Shown here: piece by piece, positions 11,068 through 21,379 of the stretch | Layout: each line of letters starts with the position of its first letter | Numbering within the stretch: the stretch's first letter is position 1 | Assembly (NCBI GenBank): GCA_026770705.1 | Contig: JANJGN010000001.1 | Coordinates: 38,378,001-38,442,000, forward strand | Origin: Isurus oxyrinchus | Lineage: Eukaryota | Length of the DNA stretch: 64,000 nt | Direction: 5' to 3' | Made by a program: the position numbers and the translations under genes | Notes under the pieces: generated by a model | Seen by the model: only the letters and a program-made list of their open reading frames with translations | Databases searched by the model: none | Told to the model about the DNA's origin: nothing

Positions 11068-11719
11068 AAAAAAAAACACAACATCCCCCTTTTTCTGAGA
11101 AGAAAACTTTCCTGCCTTCTAACGTAGTGTGGGCCTGCATACCATTGTCATGTAAAGGTGCTCAGCAGATCAGGGGTTAACATGGGACTGGAGATGAGCA
11201 CCACCCACAGTATGCAGAGTCAGCCACACTCATGCTGGCTGAGCTAAAAATTCTGCCCATAAGCTCAGGATAGATAGTAATTGCAAAAAAGAGCCCTGAG
11301 AAATTGTGAGAAAATAAGTGAAACAAATTAATAGATGAACAGGGATCGTTGGTTGCAGGAAAGGGCAGAGTGGATGCAGCTGCTCCAGAGCCATATTTTA
11401 TCAACATCCAGGCTTTGGCTTCATCTCCAGTTGATGTGGGCTTGGGTTGGTGTCAATCTGGGGGCCCAGAATTGCCCTACAAAGGAGTAATCTAAAAGCA
11501 GCCTTCGAGCATTTATTTTTCTACAAAATCACTTCTCCCAAAGAATAATATATTTTTTTTGTGCTTTCTTTTTAATTCTTTGAGTCACCCTTTAAAATGC
11601 TTTTGAAAATATAATATTAATATGGTTACAATTGTTTAAATCCAGTTGAAACCCACATTCTCTGCAGTATCCCAGGGTCAAGTACAGTAAGCTTGTCATA
11701 TCTGTCCCCCCTACGGTGT

Positions 11720-11733
11720 GTTGCCATGGAAAC
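11720..11733. promoter_or_regulatory. RFX X-box consensus motif
   Basis: GTTGCCATGGAAAC (reverse complement GTTTCCATGGCAAC) in apparently non-repeat sequence. Function not shown. Confidence 0.4.
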
Positions 11734-11779
11734 AGGGTCAGGTTGTGAAGAGGGGAGGTAGAAACATACTACTGTTTCA

Positions 11780-12462
11780 TACCACATGTCTGTCCTTGGC
11801 TTACTGCATTGTTCCAGTGAAGCCCAACGCAAACTGGAGGAACAACACCTCATCTTCCGACTAGGCACCTTACAGCCTTCCGGTCTGAATATTGAATTCA
11901 ATAACTTTAGGTCGTGAGCTCCCTCCCCCATCCCCACCCCCTTTCTGTTTCCCCCCTTTTTTCCCCCCCTTTTTTTTCCCTATAAATTTTATAGATTTTT
12001 CTTTTCCCACCTATTTCCATTATTTTTAAATATTTTAAAATCTTTTATGCTCCCCCCACCCCCACTAGAGCTGTACCTTGAGTGCCCTACCATCCATTCT
12101 TAATTAGCACATTCGTTTAGATAATATCACCAACTTTAACTTTAACACCTATGTGTTCTTTTGTACCATTGTTACTGACATCTATTGATGATCTGCTTCT
12201 ATCACTGCTTGTTTGTCTACACAAGCACCTCTGTCTCTCTCTCTCTCTCCTCCCCCCCCCCCCCCCCCCCCCACACATACACCTTAAACCAGCTTATATT
12301 TCAACTCTTTCCTGGACTCGAAATCAAGTTCTGTCGAAGGGTCATGAGGACTCGAAACGTCAACTCTTTTCTTCTCCGCCGATGCTGCCAGACCTGCTGA
12401 GTTTTTCCAGGTAATTCTGTTTTTGTTTTGGATTTCCAGCATCCGCAGTTTTCTTTGTTTTC
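11780..12462 (+). mobile_element. Penelope-like element 3' end (GIY-YIG endonuclease C-terminus + pLTR)
   Basis: HMSVLGLLHCSSEAQRKLEEQHLIFRLGTLQPSGLNIEFNNFR, then a pLTR ending GACCTGCTGAGTTTTTCCAG...ATTTCCAGCATCCGCAG. Confidence 0.88.
12327..12365 (+). ncRNA. Minimal type I hammerhead-like motif in the Penelope pLTR (variant core)
   Basis: AGTT-CTGTCGA-AGGGTC atgag GACTC-GAAA-C-GTC-AACT, with stem I AGTT/AACT. The core deviates from CUGANGA. Confidence 0.5.
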
Positions 12463-13311
12463 TACTGTTGTTCCATTAGGTAATCCAAACAATAGTGCTG
12501 GATGGGAGCAATTGCACTCCTTCATTTTTAGTTGTTGGAAACTTAATTTCCTTTTTAATACATAATTGGTGAACTGAGTAATGTAATTTACAATCTTCAC
12601 CAGTTTTGGTGGGCACATTGGTGTTAACGTAATTTGCCAGCCATGCAGGGTGGATGGTAAAGCCAAACAGCTAAGCAACCTATTTTTAAAAAAGAGAAAT
12701 CTCACTTAGAAACCGTCCCTCCAAATTTTTAGCTGTTGCACCCAGAATCACAGAGGTAATTGCACTTCAATAAGCTGCGAGCAGCTGACTGAAACTGCTC
12801 AAGACCCAGCATTGTCTGAAATCAATGCAGCCTTTTGGATAAGTAACTACTCATTGAACTGCACAAAATAACCAGCATGCGTAATGTGGTGTGGCCACAT
12901 AATTTGGCTTTGCAGTGCTGGTGGTTTTGGTGCTAAACCATTTGAGGTAAAAAATGGTGGGGTTGCCTATGTAAGGGTGGCCAAGCTGCTCCTATTGTTG
13001 GTAGAGTTGATCAGCAGACACTCCTTGGGTGGAAACATTAAGTTTATTTACAATGTACTCAGCAGCAACCACACGTGTGCTTTCAACTCCAACTCTATCT
13101 CTGCACTGACTGCTCAGGTAGCTCATACTACTCTCCTATTGGTTACTACAGATCACATGATCTTCCCTAACACGTATTATTCTTAAAGGTACATTACTCA
13201 CTAAATAAAACCATAATTACTACATTCCTCCCCATTCAACTTGGCTATACAGATTATATTTACAAGTACATATTTTTCAAGACCAAATAATATTTACACT
13301 GGATGAGGAGT

Positions 13312-14770
13312 TTACAATTTCAGTCTTTCAGGTGGTTTCCTGGTATGTGTGGAACGTCGCAGTTCCACAACTTCAGAATCTTTGTCAAGAACCTCCTTTT
13401 CTGGAGTTGCCTGAACATCAGGTGCTTCGGTGAGTACTTGTAGTTCTATATCCTCAACTCTTACTGGAACATCAGACTTGTCTGTCCTGGGTCGAGTATC
13501 CTCAACAGGAAATGCAGATCCAGTCATGATCACTGGTGGAACTAAATCTTGGTGATTTGTCTCTCCCTTTTTTAAATGGTCCACATGTTTACAGATGATC
13601 CAGCCTTACACCTCCACGTGGTAAGATAGAGATCCAGTCACTGCACTTATTTCACCTGGTAACCACTTTGGTCCTTCCCTGAAGTTTTTCATGTATGCCG
13701 GCTCTCCCATGGTAAATTTCCTCTGGCGACTATGCCAGTTGTGTCTAGTTTTCTGGCTTCCCTGACTCCTTTCCACCTTCCCCTCTAAATTCAGCATTAT
13801 TAAGCTCAATTTCATCCTGAGACGGCGTTTCAACAATAACTCCGCAGGTGTGACACCTGTTGTTGTTTGAGGGGTAGTCCTGTAATGAAAAAGAAAGCCT
13901 GCTAGCTTGGTTGCCAAGGAATTGCCAGTTAGCTTTTTCATGCCTTCCTTGAGCGTTTGAACTGCCCTTTCGACCAGTCCATTTGAGAAAGCATGGTACA
14001 GTGCAGTTTTTACATGAGTGATACCACTGAGGCTGATAAACCATTGAATCTCAGCACTTAGAAATGCTGTGCCGTTGGCGGAAACAACTACTTCTGGTAG
14101 TCAGGGAATAGCAAAACTTTGACGTAGTTTGTCAATTGACTTCACCTCATATACGTCCAACCATTTCAAATGGGCATCGACAATAAGCACAAACATTGTT
14201 CCCAGGAAAGGTCCAACAGAGTCAATGTGTAACTACACCCAGGGTCTACCTGGCCACTCCCATGGATGTAACAGAGCTGTCACTGGCAACTCTTGCAGTT
14301 GTTGAAATTGCATACAGCGCTTTGCTAAACTCTCTAATTCGCCATCCATCCCAGGCCACCATGGATAGCTGCGTGCTATGGTCTTCATTTGGGAAATTCC
14401 TGGATGGAGACTCTGTAGTTCAATCAAAAGTGGCTCCCTTTCCTTTGAAGGAACTATCACTTGTGCTCCCCACAATAAGATGCCATCCTGGCTATTTCAT
14501 TTCATCAGATACGGGCTCCTGTGACCAACCATACAGCACTTGTTCTCGCACTTGAGATAGGATTGGGTCCCGACTTATTCAATCTCTGATCTGTCAAGCA
14601 CGTACTGGCAAGGAATCTAAGGAATTTAACAGTGAAACAAGTTCCTGTGGAACTGAGACACACTCATCATTTTCTTGTGAAGGCAAACGACTAAGGTCAT
14701 CAGCATTTACGATTTGATTGCCAGGCCTATGTACGAAAGTGTATTCATATGCTGCCAGAATTAAAGCCCT
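13312..14770 (-). pseudogene. Gypsy RNase H C-terminus + integrase (frameshifted)
   Basis: RALILAAYEYTFVHRPG..NADDLSRLP; LHPGISQMKTIARSYPWWPGMDGE (Zn-binding region); FLFHYRTTPQTTTGVTPAELL; LRRSTHTRKPPERLKL*. Confidence 0.9.
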
Positions 14771-14897
14771 GTTAGTATCTCTGTATCTTCTTTCCACGTG
14801 ACCTTCTTCTTTCTAGCGCAGACTTTAATCTTGGCCATCTTTTTGACTTCACTATTGGCCAAACTTCACTCAGATGCAAGCTCCACTTCTCTGAGCT

Positions 14898-15255
14898 TTA
14901 TTTTTCATTCGTTCATGGGGTGAAGGCATTGCTGGCTAGGCCAGCATTTATTGCCCATTTGTTCAGAGGGCATTTTAAGAATCAACCGCATTGCTGTGGA
15001 TCTGGAGTTACATGTAGGCCAGACCAAGTAAGGACAGCAGATTTCCTTCCCTAAAAGGCATTAGTGAATCAAATGGGTTTTTACAACAAGTGGCAATGGT
15101 TTTGTGGTCACCATTAGGCTTTTAATTCCAGGTTTTTTATTGAATTCAAATTTCACCATCTGTCATGGTGGGATTTGAACCCAGGTCCCCAGATAACTAC
15201 CCTGAGTCTCTAGAATACCAGTCCAGTGACAATACCACTATGCACTGCCTCCCCC
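14898..15255 (-). mobile_element. tRNA-headed SINE made of the family-B LINE 5' end plus 3' tail
   Basis: A-box-like GTGCATAGTGG and B box GGTTCAAATCC. The body matches 53845-54113. The tail GGGCAATAAATGCTGGCCTAGCCAG matches family-B 3' ends. AGCT flanks both sides. Confidence 0.85.
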
Positions 15256-15425
15256 AGCTCAGTGGCTGAGTCTCCCAAAATTTAATTACCTGTCTGCTTC
15301 TTGGAAAATTCTACAGCTTTTGCTTCCAAAGCCTTTTTGACTTCATTTAGCTGATTCTTCAGTTCTTCTGCTCTTTTTTGTATTTGTTTGCTGCCTCCTG
15401 GAAAATAGAACATTGCTGTGTCTTC

Positions 15426-15581
15426 TGGATCTGCACCTAAAGTGCTGTAAGCTACAGGGCTATGGGCCGGATGCAGGAAGGTGGGATTAGAAAAGGCACC
15501 TGGGTGTCCTTGGGCTGACATGGACAAGATGGGCTGAATGGCCTCCTTCTGTGCTGTAACTTTTCTATGGTTCTATGGTTC
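15426..15581 (+). mobile_element. Short CR1-type 3' tail insertion
   Basis: GATGGGCTGAATGGCCTCCTTCTGTGCTGTAAC followed by a (TTCTATGG)2 tail. It interrupts the cargo. Confidence 0.8.
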
Positions 15582-15899
15582 TCTGCCAACTCATTCTTCA
15601 GCTTGTTTGGAGAAGTGCTGAATTCTTTCTGTTTCTCTTTATACTTTTCCAGAGGTACAAACTTTGACCTGAGGGAATCTTGCAGTCTGTGCTTGTCTTT
15701 TAACAAGTTCTGTTTTTCCCTGTGAATGTTGCTCACCTTGTCTCAATCTCTGTCATCAAGCAGGGTCTCTTTGAGTTTCTTCTGCTGTTCTTCCAGGTTT
15801 TCACTTAAGACATCCTGCATTTCTTCAGGTTGTTGAGTTCTTACACATTCCTTTTTCAAAACAGGAACGCTTCTAGCTTCCTTCTGGAATCTCAGTGGC

Positions 15900-16234
15900 C
15901 AATTAAGGTTGTTTTCCCTTAACCAATTTCACCCTAGAAGGCTTGGTCCTCTGCCTTTCAATACTAACACTGGTAGCTTTGCCAATTGGCTTCCATAATG
16001 GACAGTTACTCTGCTTATGCCTTTTACTTGAATGTCTTCACCCATATAGGTTTTTAGTTTGGCAGCAGCTTCTTCTAAATTTAATTCATGTTCGCCATTT
16101 TTCAGATATCTGAAGGTATGTTCCCCAATTACTGTAGTGGAAGCTCCCGTGTCCACTTCCATTCTAACAAGTTTGCTATTTACTTTCACTGTGACAAATA
16201 TTGGTTCTGTCTTTCCAACTTTCAGGTTAAACAA
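15900..16234 (-). pseudogene. Gypsy aspartic protease
   Basis: VRMEVDTGASTTVIGE ... GPSLLG*NWL, where the stop is probably a CGA>TGA change in LLGRxWL. Confidence 0.9.
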
Positions 16235-16339
16235 TGAGTAAGTGTCTAAATTTGTTGCTTCAGGCTCTTCTACATTGTAGATTTTATTGGGCTTCTTCTT
16301 TTGTTTACAAGCCTGCTTGAATCTTTCCTTAGTGTCTCA

Positions 16340-17080
16340 CTATATGTCCATTTCTATGACAATAGTAGCACTTGATTGTTTTAAACTGCCAATCGTTAAA
16401 AGACTGATTGCTTCTGCCTCTATTAAAATTATCCTTCCATTTTGCTGCTAAGTTATTTTTCTTTATTCTTCGGCTAGCAGGTTTCCCACTTCTCGGCAGA
16501 GTTTTACATTTTCACACTTTTTTGGTTGGGGTTTCCTGCCTGATGTGGAGGACGGTGCCATTTTGCCTTTGAATCTCTTACTGCACCTTCCATGGCCAGT
16601 GCTATCTCTAGCACCTTCTTGATATCCAGATTCACTTCAGAAAATAATCTTTTCTGAATAGTGTCTTCTTTCATGCCACAAACTAAACGATCTCTGAGCA
16701 TGTCATTTAGAGTTGTACTGAAATAACGATGTTCCATTAGCTGCTTTAAGTATGCCACGTAGCATGCAATTGTCTCACCCAGGGCTCTATTTCACAAATT
16801 AAACCTGAACATCTGCTTCGTGACTGAGGGCTTTGGTTGAAAAAGACCCTTTACAAGGTCCACCAGTTCACCAAAATACTTTGGAATCTGGGGCACTAGG
16901 TACCGTCAAACTTTGAATCAGACTGTAAATTTTGTTCCCAAAAGCGCTTAAGAGGATTGCTTTCCTCTTCTCTTCTCCCGTAATCTCGTCTGCTTGAAAA
17001 AAGAACATGAGGCATTCTATGTAATGAGGCCAATTGTCTATAGCTGGTTCAAAAGGATCAATTCTCCCAAAATGTGGCAT
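16340..17080 (-). pseudogene. Gypsy gag
   Basis: MPHFGRIDPFEPAIDNWPHYIECL..FF.A..I..EEKRKAILLS; LNDMLRDRLVCGMKEDTIQKRLFSE. Confidence 0.9.
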
Positions 17081-17889
17081 TTTGAGAGGGGATTATTTCC
17101 TCGATTCTAAAGGAGCTTGCTATTTACAATCACTGGGCGAGGTGCAGTGCCAATTTCTTTCTAACTTGATTTCTTGTGTCTAATCTTGTTTTATCCTCCT
17201 TATTGTAAGGTTGGCTAAGTTGCTACTATTGTTGATAGAGTTGATCAGCAGACACTTCTTGGGTGGAAACATTGAGTTTATTTACAATGTATGATTGTAC
17301 GTGTGCTTTCAAATCCAATTCGATCTCGACACTGATTGCTCAAGTAGCCCACATTACTCTCCTATTGGTTACTACAGATCATGTGATTTTCTCTAACAAG
17401 TATCATTCCTAAAGGTATATTACACACGAAATAAAACCAAAATTACTCCATTGCCACTCCCACCAACTTCTTCTGCGGTCTGCGCCGATTGACATGCTGT
17501 GTAGGACAATAGTGCAGGCTCCTTGTGCATATGTGGGAAGAATGCAGAGTGAATGGATTGTCAGTCAGTGCCTTGGTGGCCAATCTGACGTTTTCAACCC
17601 TGTTGTTTCTGTTAATTCCCTGGCTTAAACATGGTAATGTGAACATGATTCAGCTGCACAGGCCGTCACCACCAACACCACACCCCCTCCACCCCTTCCT
17701 CCAAGAGGCATTGCCCAACAATTTGCAAGTAAGGCACTTTTATCTACTTGCTTTTGCAAAGTTAGTGGAAATTCTATGTTATTGGAAGAGTTGTGAGAAG
17801 TTGTTGGGTCAGAAGAGAGTGGTGCTGGGAAATTAAGAAAGAGTTGTGTATTTTTGAAAGGCTACTGAGTTCACCACTTCTTTGCAGTC

Positions 17890-18960
17890 ATGGAGGCTAT
17901 AGTTAAAATTCCCCTTCGTCTGCAGCATCAGAGAGAGATGGAGGCAACAGAGACAACAAGCTACTCACAGAGGGTGAAGGAAGAGGGCCCTGAGCAGAAA
18001 ACCTTACCCACCTCAGGTCTTCCGTGAGCACTTATTCCACCTGTACCTGGGCCAGAAGGCAGTATGTTCAGCAGCTGCTCTTCACCAAAGAAAAGTTCAT
18101 AGAACTGTACCATTTCTTATCAACAAATGCGTAGCCACAAAACAGGGTGAGGACAGCACTGCCAGCGGCTCTGACTGACCAGGTGACTGTGGCCTCAATT
18201 TTTACATCAGCAATTCCTTCCAGGCTGGAACAGGTAACATTGTCAATATATCACAGTTTACCTTCAATCGCTGTATGTGAGAAGTCACAAAGGCCCTGGA
18301 CAACAGGAGAGGAGACACCAGTGTCTTTTCTCTAAACAGAGAGAACAAGGAGGAATGGTCATGAGGCTTTGCCAAGACAGCAGGCTTCCCCATGGTGCAG
18401 GGAGCTATTCACTGCATACATGTGGCCCTGTGGGTGCCATATCCCAATGGGGAAATGTACCTAAACCACTAAGTGTAGATGGTATGCAACCATGACCAGA
18501 GCATCATGTTGGTGAATGTTCACTATCCTGGCAGCAGCCATGATGCTTTCATCCTGTGCCATTCAGCCTTCCCGCCACCTTTGATCCACCACATCAAACC
18601 AAAGGGTGGCTGCTGTGCGACACGGGCCGCCTGCTGTTGAAGTGACTGATGACTCACTTTTGCAACCCCATCACACATGACAAGCACTCCTATAATGACT
18701 GGTAGAATGCAGCAGGGAACGTTGTAGAAAAAAACCACCCTGAAGTAATGGTTTTGATGCCTGGGCCACCTGGGGGGATCCCTTTAGTACTCACTGGAGC
18801 ATCTCTCACAATTCGTAGTGGCCTTCTGCATCCTCCACAATCTTGCCATCATGAGTTTGCAGTCCTTGCCATCAGTGCTTCCTCGATCACCTCAGGAGGA
18901 AGAGGGGGAAGGGAGGAGACAGCCATGAGCATATCATCAGACTTTGGCTCCCCTGAATGA
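17890..18960 (+). pseudogene. Harbinger DDE transposase remnant
   Basis: RTALP..L..VTVA(LNFY)..SFQAGTG.I.NISQF; YPGSSHDAFIL; GWLL. Homologous to 46192-47390. Confidence 0.75.
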
Positions 18961-19149
18961 AACCCCAGATCATTTCTGCTCAACACTTCCCCACCTTATC
19001 TTCCCTCTGTTACAACCATCCCAGAGGCCTCTTGGCCACAATCCTGAAATAAAAGGTACCACAAACTAGCTATTCCATACCAACTTTATCCAACAATACT
19101 TCAAATACTCCAGTAATACTCAACTTATCATCCTTATGCATTCCCTTAA

Positions 19150-21210
19150 TGTCTGTCTTCCATGTGCCCCTACCTAGCCTAGTACTCCTACACAGTGCCA
19201 CCCTTGTGGCAACAGCTCAGCTGGTGGGAGACTGATGATTTTGAATGGGGGAAATACAGATGGCCTTGCAGGATGTTTACAAGCCTTGAGGGCCCAGCTT
19301 CAGACTGCATCAGCTTGTCACAGGCAGCAACCACCTGGGCTGGTTGAGTGACAAGTCAGGCAATAGCAAGGGTATTGGCTAAGTGGCAGTGATGGAGCAG
19401 AAATGCTGTCATGCTGAGAGAAGAGGGCAGATTTGTGCACCACGGAGTCATTGCCACTCCCTCTGCAATCCTAGTAATCTGCTGAACCACAGGTTGCAGG
19501 ACTGATGTGGGATTTTGCGTGTCCCTTTGAGCACTGATCTCTGCAACCATTATGCTGTAGTCTGAATTTACCTGACACCAAGCTGGCCTCATTCTGAGTT
19601 TCCACTGCAGATCTTGGATGCTGCATAGATTCTACTTGTGCTGCAATGGAAACTAAGACATCGGCCACATGCTGCAAAATGCCTGGGTCCTCAAGAGTTC
19701 TCATGGAGGTGGCCACCACTTTCACACGGAAAAGGATGGGCTTCAAGCTCTATGTAAGCCCTGTAGGACTTGGATTCCTTCATGTTCCTTTACAGTGACA
19801 AGCAGCTCTCTGGCAGGTCTGCCAATGCACCAAGTACTTCTATTTGCAGCCCATCAGCTTTTTTTTGAACACTGTCTTATCAAATTCCCATTTGAGTCTT
19901 CTGCAGCAGGACTTGTCCACAACCTTGCCCTCCAGTGACCTTGCATATGTACACTGCCCTTTCCTGGCTACAGCCCACACATGCCCAGTGACTCACCATG
20001 TGCAGATCCTGTCCATATACTACCCTTTAAGGTACACACAGTGCTAGTAACTGAGTGATGGCTGCAAGTGGATCATAAAGTGATGGAGTTTCTTCCTCCG
20101 AGGCCTGCTCTTCCTCTGAATCTTCATCTGCAGGTACCAGTGGCTGGCCAGGAGGTAGCTCTTGGTGATAAATTGGGAAATGTTGATGTACAAAGGGATC
20201 TGAAATCACTGAAAGCAAGCATGGAGGTGCAGCAAGCAGTTAAGAAGGCAAATGGTATGTTGGCCTTCATTGCAAGAGTACTTGAGTACAGGAGCAAGGC
20301 TGTCTTACTGCCGCTGTACAGAGCCTTAGTGAGACCACATCTGAAGCATTGTGTGCAGTTTTGGTCTCCTTACCTAATAAAAGGATATACTTGCCATTGA
20401 GGGAGTGCAGCAAGGTTTACCAGACTGATTCCTAAGATGGCGGAATTGTTGTATGAGTAGAGATTGGGTCGACTAGGCCTGTATTCACTGGAGTTTAGAA
20501 GAATGAGAAGAGATTTCATTGAAACATAAAAAATTCTGACAGGGATGGACAAACTGGATGCAAGGATGATATTTCCTCTGGCTGGGGGTTCTAGAACAAG
20601 GGGCCACAGTCTCAGGATATGGGGTAGGCCATTGAAGGCTGAGATGAGGAGAAACTTCTTCACTCAGAGGGTGGTGAACCTGTGGAATTCTCTACCACAG
20701 AAGGCTGTGGAGGCCAAGTCACTGAATATATTTAAGAAGGAAATATTCCTGGACTCTAAAGGCGTCAAGGGGTATGGGGAGAGAGTGGGAGTATGATGTC
20801 GAGATAGAGGATCAGCCATGATCATATTGAATGGCAAATCAGGCACAAAGGGCTGAATGACCTAATCCTGCTCCTATTTTGAATGTTTCTATAAATGCAG
20901 AAGGGGGGAGGTAGTGAAAGAGAAGAGGGTCTGGCACGCAAACAAGAGGTGCATGGTTATATCATTTGCAGCCAGCACTTCATACCAGATTCTAGAATGA
21001 GGGCAAAATGGGATTTGAGAAGCTGCATAAGGTAGGAACATACAGTTATTCTGGATGGTTCCGGTGCTGCCTCTTCCCACGACTCAGTGATGGCCATGCC
21101 AATAATGTGGAGCACTGTCTTCTCCAGGGGGATGAAGACATGCAGCTGTGCTGCTGCCCTGCTGGTTTGTTGCTGGTCTCTCCTATTCTGAGTCATCTTG
21201 TCCAGCAAGA
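19150..21210 (-). pseudogene. Harbinger Myb-like accessory gene remnant, convergent with the transposase
   Basis: QNRRDQQQTSRAAAQLHVFIPLEKTVLHIIG (exon-2 type) and an acidic DEDSEEEQASEEETPSL segment. Confidence 0.55.
20165..20892 (+). mobile_element. CR1 LINE 3' fragment
   Basis: VQQAVKKANGMLAFIARVLEYRSK..LYRALVRPHL..CVQFWSPY; RRNFFTQRVVNLWNSLPQKAVEA, followed by the 3' tail. Confidence 0.92.
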
Positions 21211-21379
21211 AAGAAGAGTGTCAATGGGTTGCAATGTTTGAGGGTGATGTGCCTGTCATAGCTGAAGACCTGGAGATGTGTGTGTGAGGCTTGCAGCAGT
21301 GGTAAGTGCAAGGGTAAGATGGAACATATATATGTTGGGCATGAGTCTTGATTGCTATAAACTGCTGATGGATGAATGA

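Larger units (their letters stand above)
7024..11222 (+). mobile_element. Non-autonomous Gypsy-derived LTR element 1, carrying a UACA-like coiled-coil cargo
   Basis: 5' LTR 7024-7304 (TGTTGTGT...ACACAACA), PBS-like TGGTGATCAGCAGTGG at 7305, gag N-terminal remnant, integrase-tail-like TVKPHGCLNL* near 10705-10736, PPT at ~10830-10843. The 3' LTR starts at 10844 and resumes at 11123-11222. Confidence 0.85.
14800..15860 (-). pseudogene. Captured UACA-like coiled-coil sequence in element 2 (split by a SINE and a CR1 tail)
   Basis: KKECVRTQQPEEMQDVLSENLEEQQKKLKE...LQDSLRSKFVPLEKYKEKQKEF...AEELKNQLNEVKKALEAKAVEFSK...LANSEVK. Homologous to ~9697-10240 of element 1. Confidence 0.75.
12968..17450 (-). 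mobile_element. Gypsy (K02A2.6/Mag-like) LTR element 2, with RT/RNase H replaced by UACA-like cargo
   Basis: LTRs at 12968-13224 and 17201-17450, TSD TTGCC (12963-12967 and 17451-17455), PPT next to 13225. Gag, protease and integrase remnants are present. No RT motifs are visible. Confidence 0.93.

Noticed and set aside
15130-15255. tRNA gene
   Set aside because: A/B boxes are present, but no convincing cloverleaf, and the sequence continues as a SINE body.
8500-15860. Genuine host UACA-family exons
   Set aside because: There are stops, frameshifts and TE insertions, the two copies are on opposite strands, each lies between LTRs, and no ankyrin exons were found.
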